24,843 nt of DNA from Gemmatimonadota bacterium (GTDB taxonomy: Bacteria; Gemmatimonadota; Gemmatimonadetes; Gemmatimonadales; GWC2-71-9): positions 1 to 24,843 of the forward strand of contig JBDHDE010000041.1 in the NCBI GenBank assembly GCA_039591655.1, given 5' to 3'. The translations under genes and the position numbers were made by a program. This document shows, piece after piece, positions 7,965-15,505 of this stretch. Each line of letters starts with the position of its first letter. Position 1 is the stretch's first letter. The notes below the pieces were generated by a model. That model searched no databases. It was given only the letters and a program-made list of their open reading frames with translations, and was not told where the DNA came from.

Positions 7965-9652
7965 TCGCGGCTGGACGCGCGAGGAGGGCACTGCTCCTGG
8001 CACTGCTCACCGTCGGCGCCGTGACCACCCGTGGATCGACCCAAGCGCCGGCCCAGGACCCGGTGCTCGGCCCGGCGCTGACGACCCCCAGTGCCGCGGC
8101 AATCCAGGCACACCTGCGCTTCCTCTCCGGGGACCTGCTCCAGGGACGGGCTCCAGGTACCGCTGGGGGTGACCTGGCCGCCGCCTACCTCGCGACCCAG
8201 TTCGAGCTCATGGGCTTGGAGCCGGGGGCGCCCGACGGCAGCTACTTCCAGCCGTTCGATCTGGTGGGCTCCACACCGCAGCCGTCTCTCGTCATCGGCG
8301 TCAGACGTCTCACCACCACGCTAGAGCCCCTCTCCGAGTTCGTGGCGTGGCCGGTGCGGGCCGAGCCCTCACTGGCCGTGGACGGCGAGCTGGTCTTCGT
8401 GGGCTACGGCATCGACGCCCCGGAGTGGGGGTGGGACGACTACCGCGGCTCCTCGCTCACGGGCAAGGTAGCGCTGGTTCTCGCCAACGACCCCGGACTC
8501 ACCGACTCCTCCCGCTTTCACGGCAGCGCAAGCACCTACTACGGCCGCTGGACCTACAAGTTGGAGCAGGCGGCGCGGATGGGTGCAGTAGGCGCGATCC
8601 TGGTTCACACCGATGAGAGCGTAGGGCTCCCGTGGAGTGCGATCCGCAACGCCCACTCGGGCGAGCATCTCCAGCCGGATGCGCCGGTGCGCGAGACGTT
8701 GCGGTTCGGCGCCTGGATCACCTCCGACGCCGCCCGCGAAATCCTCGCTGGAACCGGGAGGGACTTCGACCTGCTCGTGGGGAGGGCTCAGCGTCCCGAC
8801 TTCCGTCCCATCTCCCTCGACGCCCACGTCGTGCTCCGCATTCGCAGTGGGGTGCGGCACTTCCAAACCAGCAACGTGGTGGCCCGTCTCCCCGGTAGCG
8901 ATCCCGTGCGGAACCGCGAGGCGGTACTCTTCACCGCACACTACGATCACCTGGGCGCCCGGTACGCCGTCGATGGGGATTCGATCTACAACGGTGCCGT
9001 GGACAACGCCTCGGGCGTGGCCGCCCTCCTCGCGGTTGCAGCCGGCCTGAAGGAAACGGGCGTGCCACCCCAGCGATCGATCTTGTTCCTCGCCACATCC
9101 GCCGCGGAGGCCGGGCACCTCGGGGCCCAGGCCTACGTGGGCGATCCCCCGGTGCCCCTCGAGTGGACGGTGGCCATGATCAACCTGGACCGGGCCAATC
9201 TGCGGGGCGCCACGGTGGATGCCGTCGCCCTGGGCGCAGCGCACTCGAGCCTCGCCGGTTACTTCGAGCGGGCCGCCCAGGCGGAAGGCCTACAGTCCGC
9301 ACCCGACCCGGATGCCGCGGCCGGCCGATTCTTCTGGTCCGACCACCTGCCCTTCGCCCGGGCCGGGGTCACCATGCTCTCGCTGGTCAGCGGCACCAGG
9401 TATCTGGGACAGGCTCCGGAGTGGGGCCTCGAGGAGCAACGGGCCTACGTGGCGCAGCGCTACCATCAGCCCGGCGACGAGTTCCGCGGAGATTTCGACT
9501 ACGCGGGGGCCCTGCAGCAGGTGCGGTTGCTAGTCCGGCTGGGCTGGGAGCTGGCCAACACGGCGGATTTCCCGGCGTGGAGCCGGGAATCCGAGTACCG
9601 GCCCGCCGGGGAGCAGCTCCGCCTGAGGCGGCTGCGGGGCCGTCCCCGCTAG
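7961..9652 (+). CDS. M28 family metallopeptidase homologue with PA domain, secreted; catalytic Glu apparently replaced by Ala
   Basis: GTG 7961 with SD AGGAGG (7951-7956), GTGA overlap with the upstream stop; signal peptide; PA insert (LVFVGYGI...YYGRWTYK); HYDHLG, GAVDNASG, SAAEAG, NLD, SDH, YHQPGD. Confidence 0.9.
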   Translation: MIAAGRARRALLLALLTVGAVTTRGSTQAPAQDPVLGPALTTPSAAAIQAHLRFLSGDLLQGRAPGTAGGDLAAAYLATQFELMGLEPGAPDGSYFQPFDLVGSTPQPSLVIGVRRLTTTLEPLSEFVAWPVRAEPSLAVDGELVFVGYGIDAPEWGWDDYRGSSLTGKVALVLANDPGLTDSSRFHGSASTYYGRWTYKLEQAARMGAVGAILVHTDESVGLPWSAIRNAHSGEHLQPDAPVRETLRFGAWITSDAAREILAGTGRDFDLLVGRAQRPDFRPISLDAHVVLRIRSGVRHFQTSNVVARLPGSDPVRNREAVLFTAHYDHLGARYAVDGDSIYNGAVDNASGVAALLAVAAGLKETGVPPQRSILFLATSAAEAGHLGAQAYVGDPPVPLEWTVAMINLDRANLRGATVDAVALGAAHSSLAGYFERAAQAEGLQSAPDPDAAAGRFFWSDHLPFARAGVTMLSLVSGTRYLGQAPEWGLEEQRAYVAQRYHQPGDEFRGDFDYAGALQQVRLLVRLGWELANTADFPAWSRESEYRPAGEQLRLRRLRGRPR

Positions 9653-9758
9653 TTCCCAACGCCGGAGCGCCACTCGACTACTGGCCGAATGGGCGTAATC
9701 TTGGTATGTTCCCGCCCGATTTTAGGTCCAGTTCCCGCCTTTTCGAGGAGCAGATCAG

Positions 9759-10865
9759 CTGGAACTGCCATCGAGGCACCGCGTCCCGGTCGGCTGGATC
9801 CGTGAGAACGCCTGCGCTCCTGTGCGGTGGCGGACCGTCACCGAGATACTTCCGCGAGGGGCCGCCACTCCCACCGACGTGGCGGAGCTGCGCGCCGAAC
9901 TCCTTCAATACAAAGGGGTTACGCAGACCCTGAAGAAGCAGCGCGCCACCGGCCTGTGGGGTGGCAACATCCTGGGTCTGGCGCCGGCCAAGGGACAGGG
10001 GGTCAAGGACGTCGGCACGGTGGCGCAGTACCGCCACCTGGTCGAGATGGGCGTGCCCACCGATGATCGGACCTTCCGGATCGCCGAGCGGGTGTTCTTC
10101 CGGCTGCTCTCCCGCGACGAGGACCCGGCCCTGCTGTACGAGTACCAGAAGGCGGCCAAGACGAACCTCGAGCTGGGGCCCTGGGCCCGGGACCTCATGC
10201 GGGAGGCTGCGACGGCTGCCCTGGCGCACTCGGGTCAGATCGACGACCCCCGGGTGCGGGGCGCAGCACATAAGGTCGCTTCCCGTATCTCCCAGTTCCT
10301 GCGCTCCGAGGTCTCCCAGAAGCCCATCAGGCGGAAGGGATCCCGCAATATCCTGGATCCCGAGGCGTATCCGCCCACCGTGTTTTCAGTGGCCGCGGTA
10401 GCCTACATGCCCAACCTGCAGCGGGAGCGCGCGGGCTTCGTGGAGCGCCTGGGAGCTTTCCTGGCGCAGCCGGAGACGAAGCGCACCTACGTGATTCAGG
10501 TCGGGCGCAAGGTCATGAAGCCCACCTTCCAGCTCCTGGGCGATCCCCTCAAGGCCGACTCCTCGGGGAACGCCAAGGACCTGCCGTTCGCGCTGCACTG
10601 GATCGAGCTCCTGGTCCGGCTGGGCATGTTGGGGAACTCGCCCACGGCCCAACGAATCCTGGCCCGCTTGCTCAAGGAGTGCGACGAGTCGGGGGTGTGG
10701 AGCCCGAGGAACCTGCGGGCGCTGCCGAAGAGCCCCTCGAAGCTCGCCGACTTCGCCTTTCCCCTGGAGCTCGATACCAGCACGGTGGAGCAGCGCAAGG
10801 CGGATGTCACCTTCCGCATCGCCTTGATCGCCCGGCTCGCCGGGTGGAAGCTCGAATACGTGTAG
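9759..10865 (+). CDS. Hypothetical alpha-helical protein with QW-like (prenyltransferase/squalene cyclase repeat-like) motifs
   Basis: Strong GC3 coding pattern. Frame is open back to stop TAG 9723; SD GAGGAG 9745-9750 lies 8 nt before CTG 9759. The ORF track gives GTG 9822. Motifs KKQRATGLWG and KECDESGVW. Confidence 0.75.
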   Translation: MELPSRHRVPVGWIRENACAPVRWRTVTEILPRGAATPTDVAELRAELLQYKGVTQTLKKQRATGLWGGNILGLAPAKGQGVKDVGTVAQYRHLVEMGVPTDDRTFRIAERVFFRLLSRDEDPALLYEYQKAAKTNLELGPWARDLMREAATAALAHSGQIDDPRVRGAAHKVASRISQFLRSEVSQKPIRRKGSRNILDPEAYPPTVFSVAAVAYMPNLQRERAGFVERLGAFLAQPETKRTYVIQVGRKVMKPTFQLLGDPLKADSSGNAKDLPFALHWIELLVRLGMLGNSPTAQRILARLLKECDESGVWSPRNLRALPKSPSKLADFAFPLELDTSTVEQRKADVTFRIALIARLAGWKLEYV

Positions 10866-11124
10866 GGGGTAGGCCTCACCGCCGCGCCCTGCAGAAAGCG
10901 CAGGAGCGAGTGGGAGTGACCTACCTCCGCGACTAAGCGCTCGGGGCGGGCCTCACCGCCGCGAACTGCAGTTCGCAGGACCTCCGAGGCCTCCCGACCT
11001 CCCCGGCAATCGGTCTCGCTCCACTTGCACGTCACCCCCCCAACGCGCTGCACTGACGTTCGCTCTGGTGAGGCCCACCCCCTCGCTCCGTACCCGCTGA
11101 CGTTCGCTTCGGCAGGCCCCTCCC
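10865..11124. repeat. Cluster of REP/BIME-like structured repeats (two direct and two inverted degenerate copies)
   Basis: Plus-strand copies at 10865-10899 and 10938-10976; inverted copies at 11053-11082 and 11097-11124; 10865-10899 is 34/35 identical to 17411-17445. Confidence 0.8.
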
Positions 11125-11160
11125 AGGGGGTTGCACCGGATTCAGGGATGAGCAAGAATA

Positions 11161-11180
11161 GTAGTAGCGAGCGCTACTAC
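11161..11180. promoter_or_regulatory. Perfect palindrome GTAGTAGCG-AG-CGCTACTAC, candidate operator of the TrmB-family gene
   Basis: 9-bp arms ending 1 nt before ATG 11182, just downstream of TTGCAC-N17-AAGAAT (11131-11159). Confidence 0.7.
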
Positions 11181-11181
11181 G

Positions 11182-11880
11182 ATGTCCCTCGATTTCACCC
11201 CATTCGGCTTCACCGCTACCGAGTCCGCGGCATATGAGGCTCTGCTCGACCGGGGCCCGTCGTCCGGCTACGCCCTGGCCAAGAGCCTAAGCCTCGCCAG
11301 GGCCAACGTTTACCAGGCTCTGAACGGGCTCGTCGCCAAGGGGGCCGCCGTAGCCAGCGGGGACAGCCCCCAGATCTTCCGCGCCGTGGCTCCCGACAGT
11401 GTCTTCGCCCGGATAGCCCGCCAGGAGGCCGGCAAGCTGGACCGGCTCGAGCACCAGATCCAAGCGCTCGGGGCGGCCGGTGCGGCGGCATTGGTGCCGT
11501 TTCGCGGTGAGCGGGAACTCAAGGAGCTGGTTCTTCGGACGGCGGCCCGCGAGTCCGGCCCGGCTGCCTTCCTCGCTCCGGGGTCGCTGATCGCCACCCT
11601 GCTCCCGGTATGGCGCAAGCGGCAGGCAGATTCGGCTCCCACCCGGCTGTGGGTCGTGGGCGAGGCCCCCAGCGGGTTCCCTCTCCCCCTAGCCGGGGTG
11701 GTGGCCGAGGAGGCCGTGCGGGGGTACTTCGGCGGGGTGGTGGCCCTGCTGCTGACCGGCGGGATGGCGCTGATGGGCCGCTCCGACGAGAGTGGCCTCA
11801 CCGGGTATTGGGCGTCAGACCCGCTGTTCATGGGCCTTGCCCAGGCATCCCTTGCAGCCCTCACGGCGCCGGGCCCTTGA
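11182..11880 (+). CDS. TrmB-family transcriptional regulator
   Basis: N-terminal wHTH FGFTATESAAYEALL..GPSSGYALAKSLSLARANVYQALNGLVAKGA...FRAVAP, a coiled-coil linker and a degenerate C-terminal effector domain. Confidence 0.88.
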   Translation: MSLDFTPFGFTATESAAYEALLDRGPSSGYALAKSLSLARANVYQALNGLVAKGAAVASGDSPQIFRAVAPDSVFARIARQEAGKLDRLEHQIQALGAAGAAALVPFRGERELKELVLRTAARESGPAAFLAPGSLIATLLPVWRKRQADSAPTRLWVVGEAPSGFPLPLAGVVAEEAVRGYFGGVVALLLTGGMALMGRSDESGLTGYWASDPLFMGLAQASLAALTAPGP

Positions 11881-11916
11881 CGCCGGGTCCCCGCATGTCG
11901 AGCTTTCGCTCGATTC

Positions 11917-11932
11917 TCAACCGTTCGGTTGA
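11917..11932. promoter_or_regulatory. Palindrome TCAACCG-TT-CGGTTGA, candidate TetR operator
   Basis: Perfect 7-bp arms overlapping the TTG start (11929), downstream of TTGACG-N17-GAGCTT (11877-11905). Confidence 0.7.
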
Positions 11933-12528
11933 CTGACGTGACCGAGGTCGCACGAGACAGGGATTCCCGCGGTTTGGTGGCCGAAGCGGCCAGCGCCGAG
12001 TTCGCCGAGCATGGCTACGCCGGCGCCCGAACCGAGCGAATCGCGCAGCGAGCCGGGGTCAACAAGCAGCTGCTGTACTACTACTTCGGCTCGAAGGCGG
12101 AGCTCTACGACGGCGTGATGGAGGCGGCCGCCCGGAAGCTCCAGGACGCCACCCAGGAGGCGGAGCCCCAGCCCGGTACAGCGGGCGAAGTCCTCCGGGC
12201 CAAGCTCACCGCCGTCTTCGAGGTGCTGAGCCGCTCACCGGAGCTCGCACGTCTGCTGGTCCGCAGCACGTTCGACCCCGGAAGCGCGGCCTCGGAGCGC
12301 CCCGCCCGGCAGCTCGCCGCGGGATTTGCCCGGGTGATCTCGCAGGGACAGGGTATGGGCTACTTTCGGGACGACGTGGATCCCGAGACCGCCGCCAGGC
12401 AGGCGGTGGTGTTGGTCGTGGGGTACCTCGCGCTGGAAGCCTCCCTGGAAGAAGGCCCGGCGGAGAGCCGCCGGGCCACCTGGATCCAGAGCGCGTGCGA
12501 CCTCTTGGTGCGGTCGCTCTCGTGGTGA
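11929..12528 (+). CDS. TetR/AcrR-family transcriptional regulator
   Basis: HTH EFAEHGYAGARTERIAQRAGVNKQLLYYYFGSKAELY; C-terminal GQGMGYFRDDVDP. Start TTG 11929 or GTG 11938. Confidence 0.93.
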   Translation: MTDVTEVARDRDSRGLVAEAASAEFAEHGYAGARTERIAQRAGVNKQLLYYYFGSKAELYDGVMEAAARKLQDATQEAEPQPGTAGEVLRAKLTAVFEVLSRSPELARLLVRSTFDPGSAASERPARQLAAGFARVISQGQGMGYFRDDVDPETAARQAVVLVVGYLALEASLEEGPAESRRATWIQSACDLLVRSLSW

Positions 12529-12537
12529 GGCGGAGTG

Positions 12538-14964
12538 TTATCCCGGCACAAGCTCCGGCTCCAGCTTGCCGAGGCTGGCCGGCTGGCCCTCGACCCTGCC
12601 CAGCGCGATATCGAGCACCTCGCTGAGGCGCTCGGCCGGGTAGACGGTGAGTCGGCGCCGCTCCTCCTCACTGAGGTCCTGTAGGTCCGCCAAGTTCTCC
12701 TTGGGCATGATGATGTGGCTGATGCCCGCGCGGCACGCACCCAGCACCTTCTCCTTCACCCCGCCGATGGGCAGCACTCGTCCCGACAGCGTGATCTCGC
12801 CCGTCATGGCGACGTCGTGGCGGACCGGCGTTCCCGAAAGGCGGCTCACCAGGGCCGTGGCCATGGTGACGCCGGCCGAGGGTCCGTCCTTGGGAATCGC
12901 GCCGGCCGGTACGTGGATGTGGAAGTCCCTGTTGGCCAGGGCCTCCTCGCTGATCCCCAGCTCCTTGGAGTGTGACTTGGTGTAGGTGAGCGCGGCCTGG
13001 GCCGACTCCTTCATCACGTCACCCAGCTGTCCGGTGAGCACCAGGTTGTCCCTGCCGCTCATCACCGAGACCTCCACGAACATGATGTCGCCGCCCACCG
13101 GGGTGTAAAACATGCCCGTGGCCATGCCGACCTTGTCCTCCTCGGCCGCCCGCTCCGGGTGGACCGTAGGCCGGCCCAACAGGTCGTCAACCTGCTCCTT
13201 CGACATCCCGTAGGTCTCTACATCTCCATCGGCGATCTTCCGGGCGACCTTGCGTGCCATCTTGCCGATCTCGCGCTCCAGCTGACGCACACCGGCTTCC
13301 CTGGTGTAGCTGCTGATGACCTCGAGCACGGCCTCTTCGTTGAGTACCAGCTCGCCCTTCTTCAGGCCGGCCTCGCTGAGCTGTCGCGGGATGAGGAACT
13401 GCTTCGCGATCTGCAGCTTCTCGCCTTCCGTGTATCCGCTGAACTCGACTTCCTCCATCCGGTCCAGGAGCGGGATCGGGATATTCTGTCGGAAGTTGGC
13501 GGTGGCAATGAACAACACCTCCGACAGGTCGAACGGTACCCCGAGGTAGTGGTCTGTAAACGAGTCGTTCTGCGCCGGGTCGAGCACCTCCAGCAGCGCC
13601 GCCGCCGGGTCTCCCTGGAACGACACACCCAGCTTGTCCACCTCGTCCAGTAGGAAAACCGGGTTCTTGGTTCCGGCCCGCTTCATCCCCTCGATGATGC
13701 GACCGGGCATGGCACCCACGTAGGTGCGGCGGTGCCCGCGGATGTCCGCCTCATCCCGCGCGCCGCCGAGGGAGATCCGCACGTACTTACGGCCGATCGC
13801 CCGGGCAATGGACTTGGCGATGGAGGTCTTCCCCACACCGGGAGGCCCGATGAAGAGCAGGATCGAGCCCATGCCGCGGCGGTCGTCCACGTTGCCCACG
13901 AACTCGCCGGTGTCGCGCTTGTCGCGTTGCTGCAGGAGCTGCCGCACGGCGAGGAACTCGAGGACGCGGTCCTTGACGTCCCGCAGCCCGTAGTGGTCCT
14001 CGTCGAGAATGCGGTCCGCTTCCTTGAGGTCCAGGTGATCCGCGGAGCGCCTGTTCCACGGGAGCTCGGCCACCGTCTCGAGGAAGGTGCGAATGACCTG
14101 CGCTTCCATCGAGTCCTTGGCCGTGCGCTCCAGCCGACGCAGCTCGCGGTCCACCTCCTTGCGGGCCTCCTCGGGGAGCTCGAGCGTCGCCACCCGCTCG
14201 CGCAGCTCGTCGACCTCAGCCGAGTCGTCGTCTCCCAGCTCCTTCTGGATTGCCTTCATCTGCTCGCGCAGGAACATCTCTCGCTGCCGCTCGCCGATTT
14301 CCTCCTGCACCTTCGACTTGATCTCTTCCTGCGCATCGGCCAGCTCCAGCTGCCGCTGCACGTGGATCAGCACGCGACGCAGCCGCTCTTCGACGCCTCG
14401 GGTCTCCAGCAGCGCCTGCCGCTCGGCTGGGGAGATGTCGATGTAGCCCGCCACCAGATCGGCGAACCGTCCCGCGTCCTCGACGCCCTCGAGCACCTGC
14501 TGTACGACTTCCTGCGGCAGCCCAGTCTTCACACCCAACTCCGCAGCCCGCTCCCGCACCTCCTTGTGCAGCGCGACGAAGGCGGCGTCTTCGGGGTCGA
14601 GGGGTGGAAGATCGGGGGCCTCCTGAACCACGGCTTCGATGTACCCTTCGCCCTCCGAGTACTGCAGCACCGTGGCCCGGTACTCCCCCATGAGCAGGAG
14701 CTGGATGCCGCCGATCCCGCGCTGCACCTGACCGATTCGGGCAAGGGTGCCGGTGGTGTAGAGCACCTCGGGCTGCGCGAAGTCGACGTTCTCCCTCTGG
14801 GCGACTGCGAAGATGAGATGCTCTTCCTGCTTGAGGGCTGCCTCGATGGCCCGCAGCGTGGCCGGGCGACCGGCACCGATGGGCGCCGTCACGCCGGGGA
14901 ACATCACCGTCTCCCGCAGCGGCAGCACCGGCAGGCGCAAGCGTGTCGTCGTGGTCTCGTGCAT
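12538..14964 (-). CDS. lon: ATP-dependent protease La (Lon)
   Basis: Start re-called at ATG 14964 with SD AGGAGG; LPVLPLRE N-domain, DHYGL, Walker A GPPGVGKT, Walker B LLDEVDK, catalytic Ser in PKDGPSAG and Lys in GGVKEK. Confidence 0.97.
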   Translation of the reverse strand: MHETTTTRLRLPVLPLRETVMFPGVTAPIGAGRPATLRAIEAALKQEEHLIFAVAQRENVDFAQPEVLYTTGTLARIGQVQRGIGGIQLLLMGEYRATVLQYSEGEGYIEAVVQEAPDLPPLDPEDAAFVALHKEVRERAAELGVKTGLPQEVVQQVLEGVEDAGRFADLVAGYIDISPAERQALLETRGVEERLRRVLIHVQRQLELADAQEEIKSKVQEEIGERQREMFLREQMKAIQKELGDDDSAEVDELRERVATLELPEEARKEVDRELRRLERTAKDSMEAQVIRTFLETVAELPWNRRSADHLDLKEADRILDEDHYGLRDVKDRVLEFLAVRQLLQQRDKRDTGEFVGNVDDRRGMGSILLFIGPPGVGKTSIAKSIARAIGRKYVRISLGGARDEADIRGHRRTYVGAMPGRIIEGMKRAGTKNPVFLLDEVDKLGVSFQGDPAAALLEVLDPAQNDSFTDHYLGVPFDLSEVLFIATANFRQNIPIPLLDRMEEVEFSGYTEGEKLQIAKQFLIPRQLSEAGLKKGELVLNEEAVLEVISSYTREAGVRQLEREIGKMARKVARKIADGDVETYGMSKEQVDDLLGRPTVHPERAAEEDKVGMATGMFYTPVGGDIMFVEVSVMSGRDNLVLTGQLGDVMKESAQAALTYTKSHSKELGISEEALANRDFHIHVPAGAIPKDGPSAGVTMATALVSRLSGTPVRHDVAMTGEITLSGRVLPIGGVKEKVLGACRAGISHIIMPKENLADLQDLSEEERRRLTVYPAERLSEVLDIALGRVEGQPASLGKLEPELVPG

Positions 14965-15027
14965 AATCCTCTCCCCTCCTGGCGAGGGGTCCGGGGGCGT
15001 GAAGTCGGTCAAGCGCGCAGCTCAGGC

Positions 15028-15042
15028 GCACGCTTCGTGCCA
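15028..15042 (-). promoter_or_regulatory. Sigma-54 (-24/-12) promoter candidate for lon, proximal
   Basis: Minus strand TGGCACG-AAGC-GTGC with exact GG-N10-GC spacing, about 64 nt upstream of the ATG. Confidence 0.6.
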
Positions 15043-15119
15043 CCTACCACACCCCTCATCCAGCACTCCCCACCGGTGGAACACCCCCTTTTGGCACCAT
15101 GTTCCTGCCGATCAAGGCA

Positions 15120-15135
15120 AGCAAGCCCGGTGCCT
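15120..15135 (-). promoter_or_regulatory. Sigma-54 (-24/-12) promoter candidate for lon, distal
   Basis: Minus strand AGGCAC-CGGGC-TTGCT with GG-N10-GC spacing. Confidence 0.5.
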
Positions 15136-15176
15136 GCCATTCTGGCCGGGCCCCGGATCTCTGTGACTGCCGGCGT

Positions 15177-15422
15177 TCAGGGAGCCCGGGGGGCGACGTT
15201 GAGGAGGGCCTTGAGCTCCGACTCGGTGAGCTGTTCCAGCAACCCGGCCCGCGCGGTTACCTCACGCGCCGGCTCCGATCCGTCCGTGGCACATTCGAAT
15301 CGAATGATGTCGGCCGGCTGAGGAAACGTGCGCTTGTCCTTCTTTGTTGGGATCATGCCGGAGGTCCTGCCCACTCGCTCGGCAGACCACCGGCGTCCCG
15401 AGTCGTCGGTTACCCAACGCAT
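15177..15422 (-). CDS. Small hypothetical protein (81 aa)
   Basis: ATG start; fills the gap between lon and the kinase gene; protein-like composition (TDDSGRRWSAE...IRFEC...LTESELKALL). Confidence 0.7.
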   Translation of the reverse strand: MRWVTDDSGRRWSAERVGRTSGMIPTKKDKRTFPQPADIIRFECATDGSEPAREVTARAGLLEQLTESELKALLNVAPRAP

Positions 15423-15451
15423 CGTGTGCTCAAAACCGCGTAGAGTTCAGG

Positions 15452-15480
15452 TTGCCTGGGGGTTAGGGCTACGTTAATCT
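15452..15480 (+). promoter_or_regulatory. Sigma70-type promoter candidate for the kinase gene, TTGCCT-N17-TAATCT
   Basis: Correct 17-nt spacing; followed by GGAG (15492-15495) and ATG 15506. Confidence 0.55.
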
Positions 15481-15505
15481 ATCCCCGGTTGGGAGCATAT
15501 GCTAC

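Noticed and set aside
10865..11124. Repeat cluster as a CRISPR mini-array, tRNA or small CDS (11025-11237)
   Set aside because: Units are degenerate and in both orientations, there is no cloverleaf or T-loop, and the ORF lacks coding character.
15060..15086. CCAGCACTC resembling a CIRCE half-site upstream of lon
   Set aside because: No GAGTGCTAA right arm at 9-nt spacing.
15091..15108. Plus-strand TTGGCAC as a sigma-54 site
   Set aside because: No GC at the -12 position, and it points away from lon.
13732..15321. 529-aa plus-strand ORF antisense to lon, and many similar shadow ORFs (e.g. 933-1808, 2274-3164, 5660-6715, 8369-9244)
   Set aside because: Expected by-products of high-GC codon bias opposite or within well-supported genes; no recognisable motifs.
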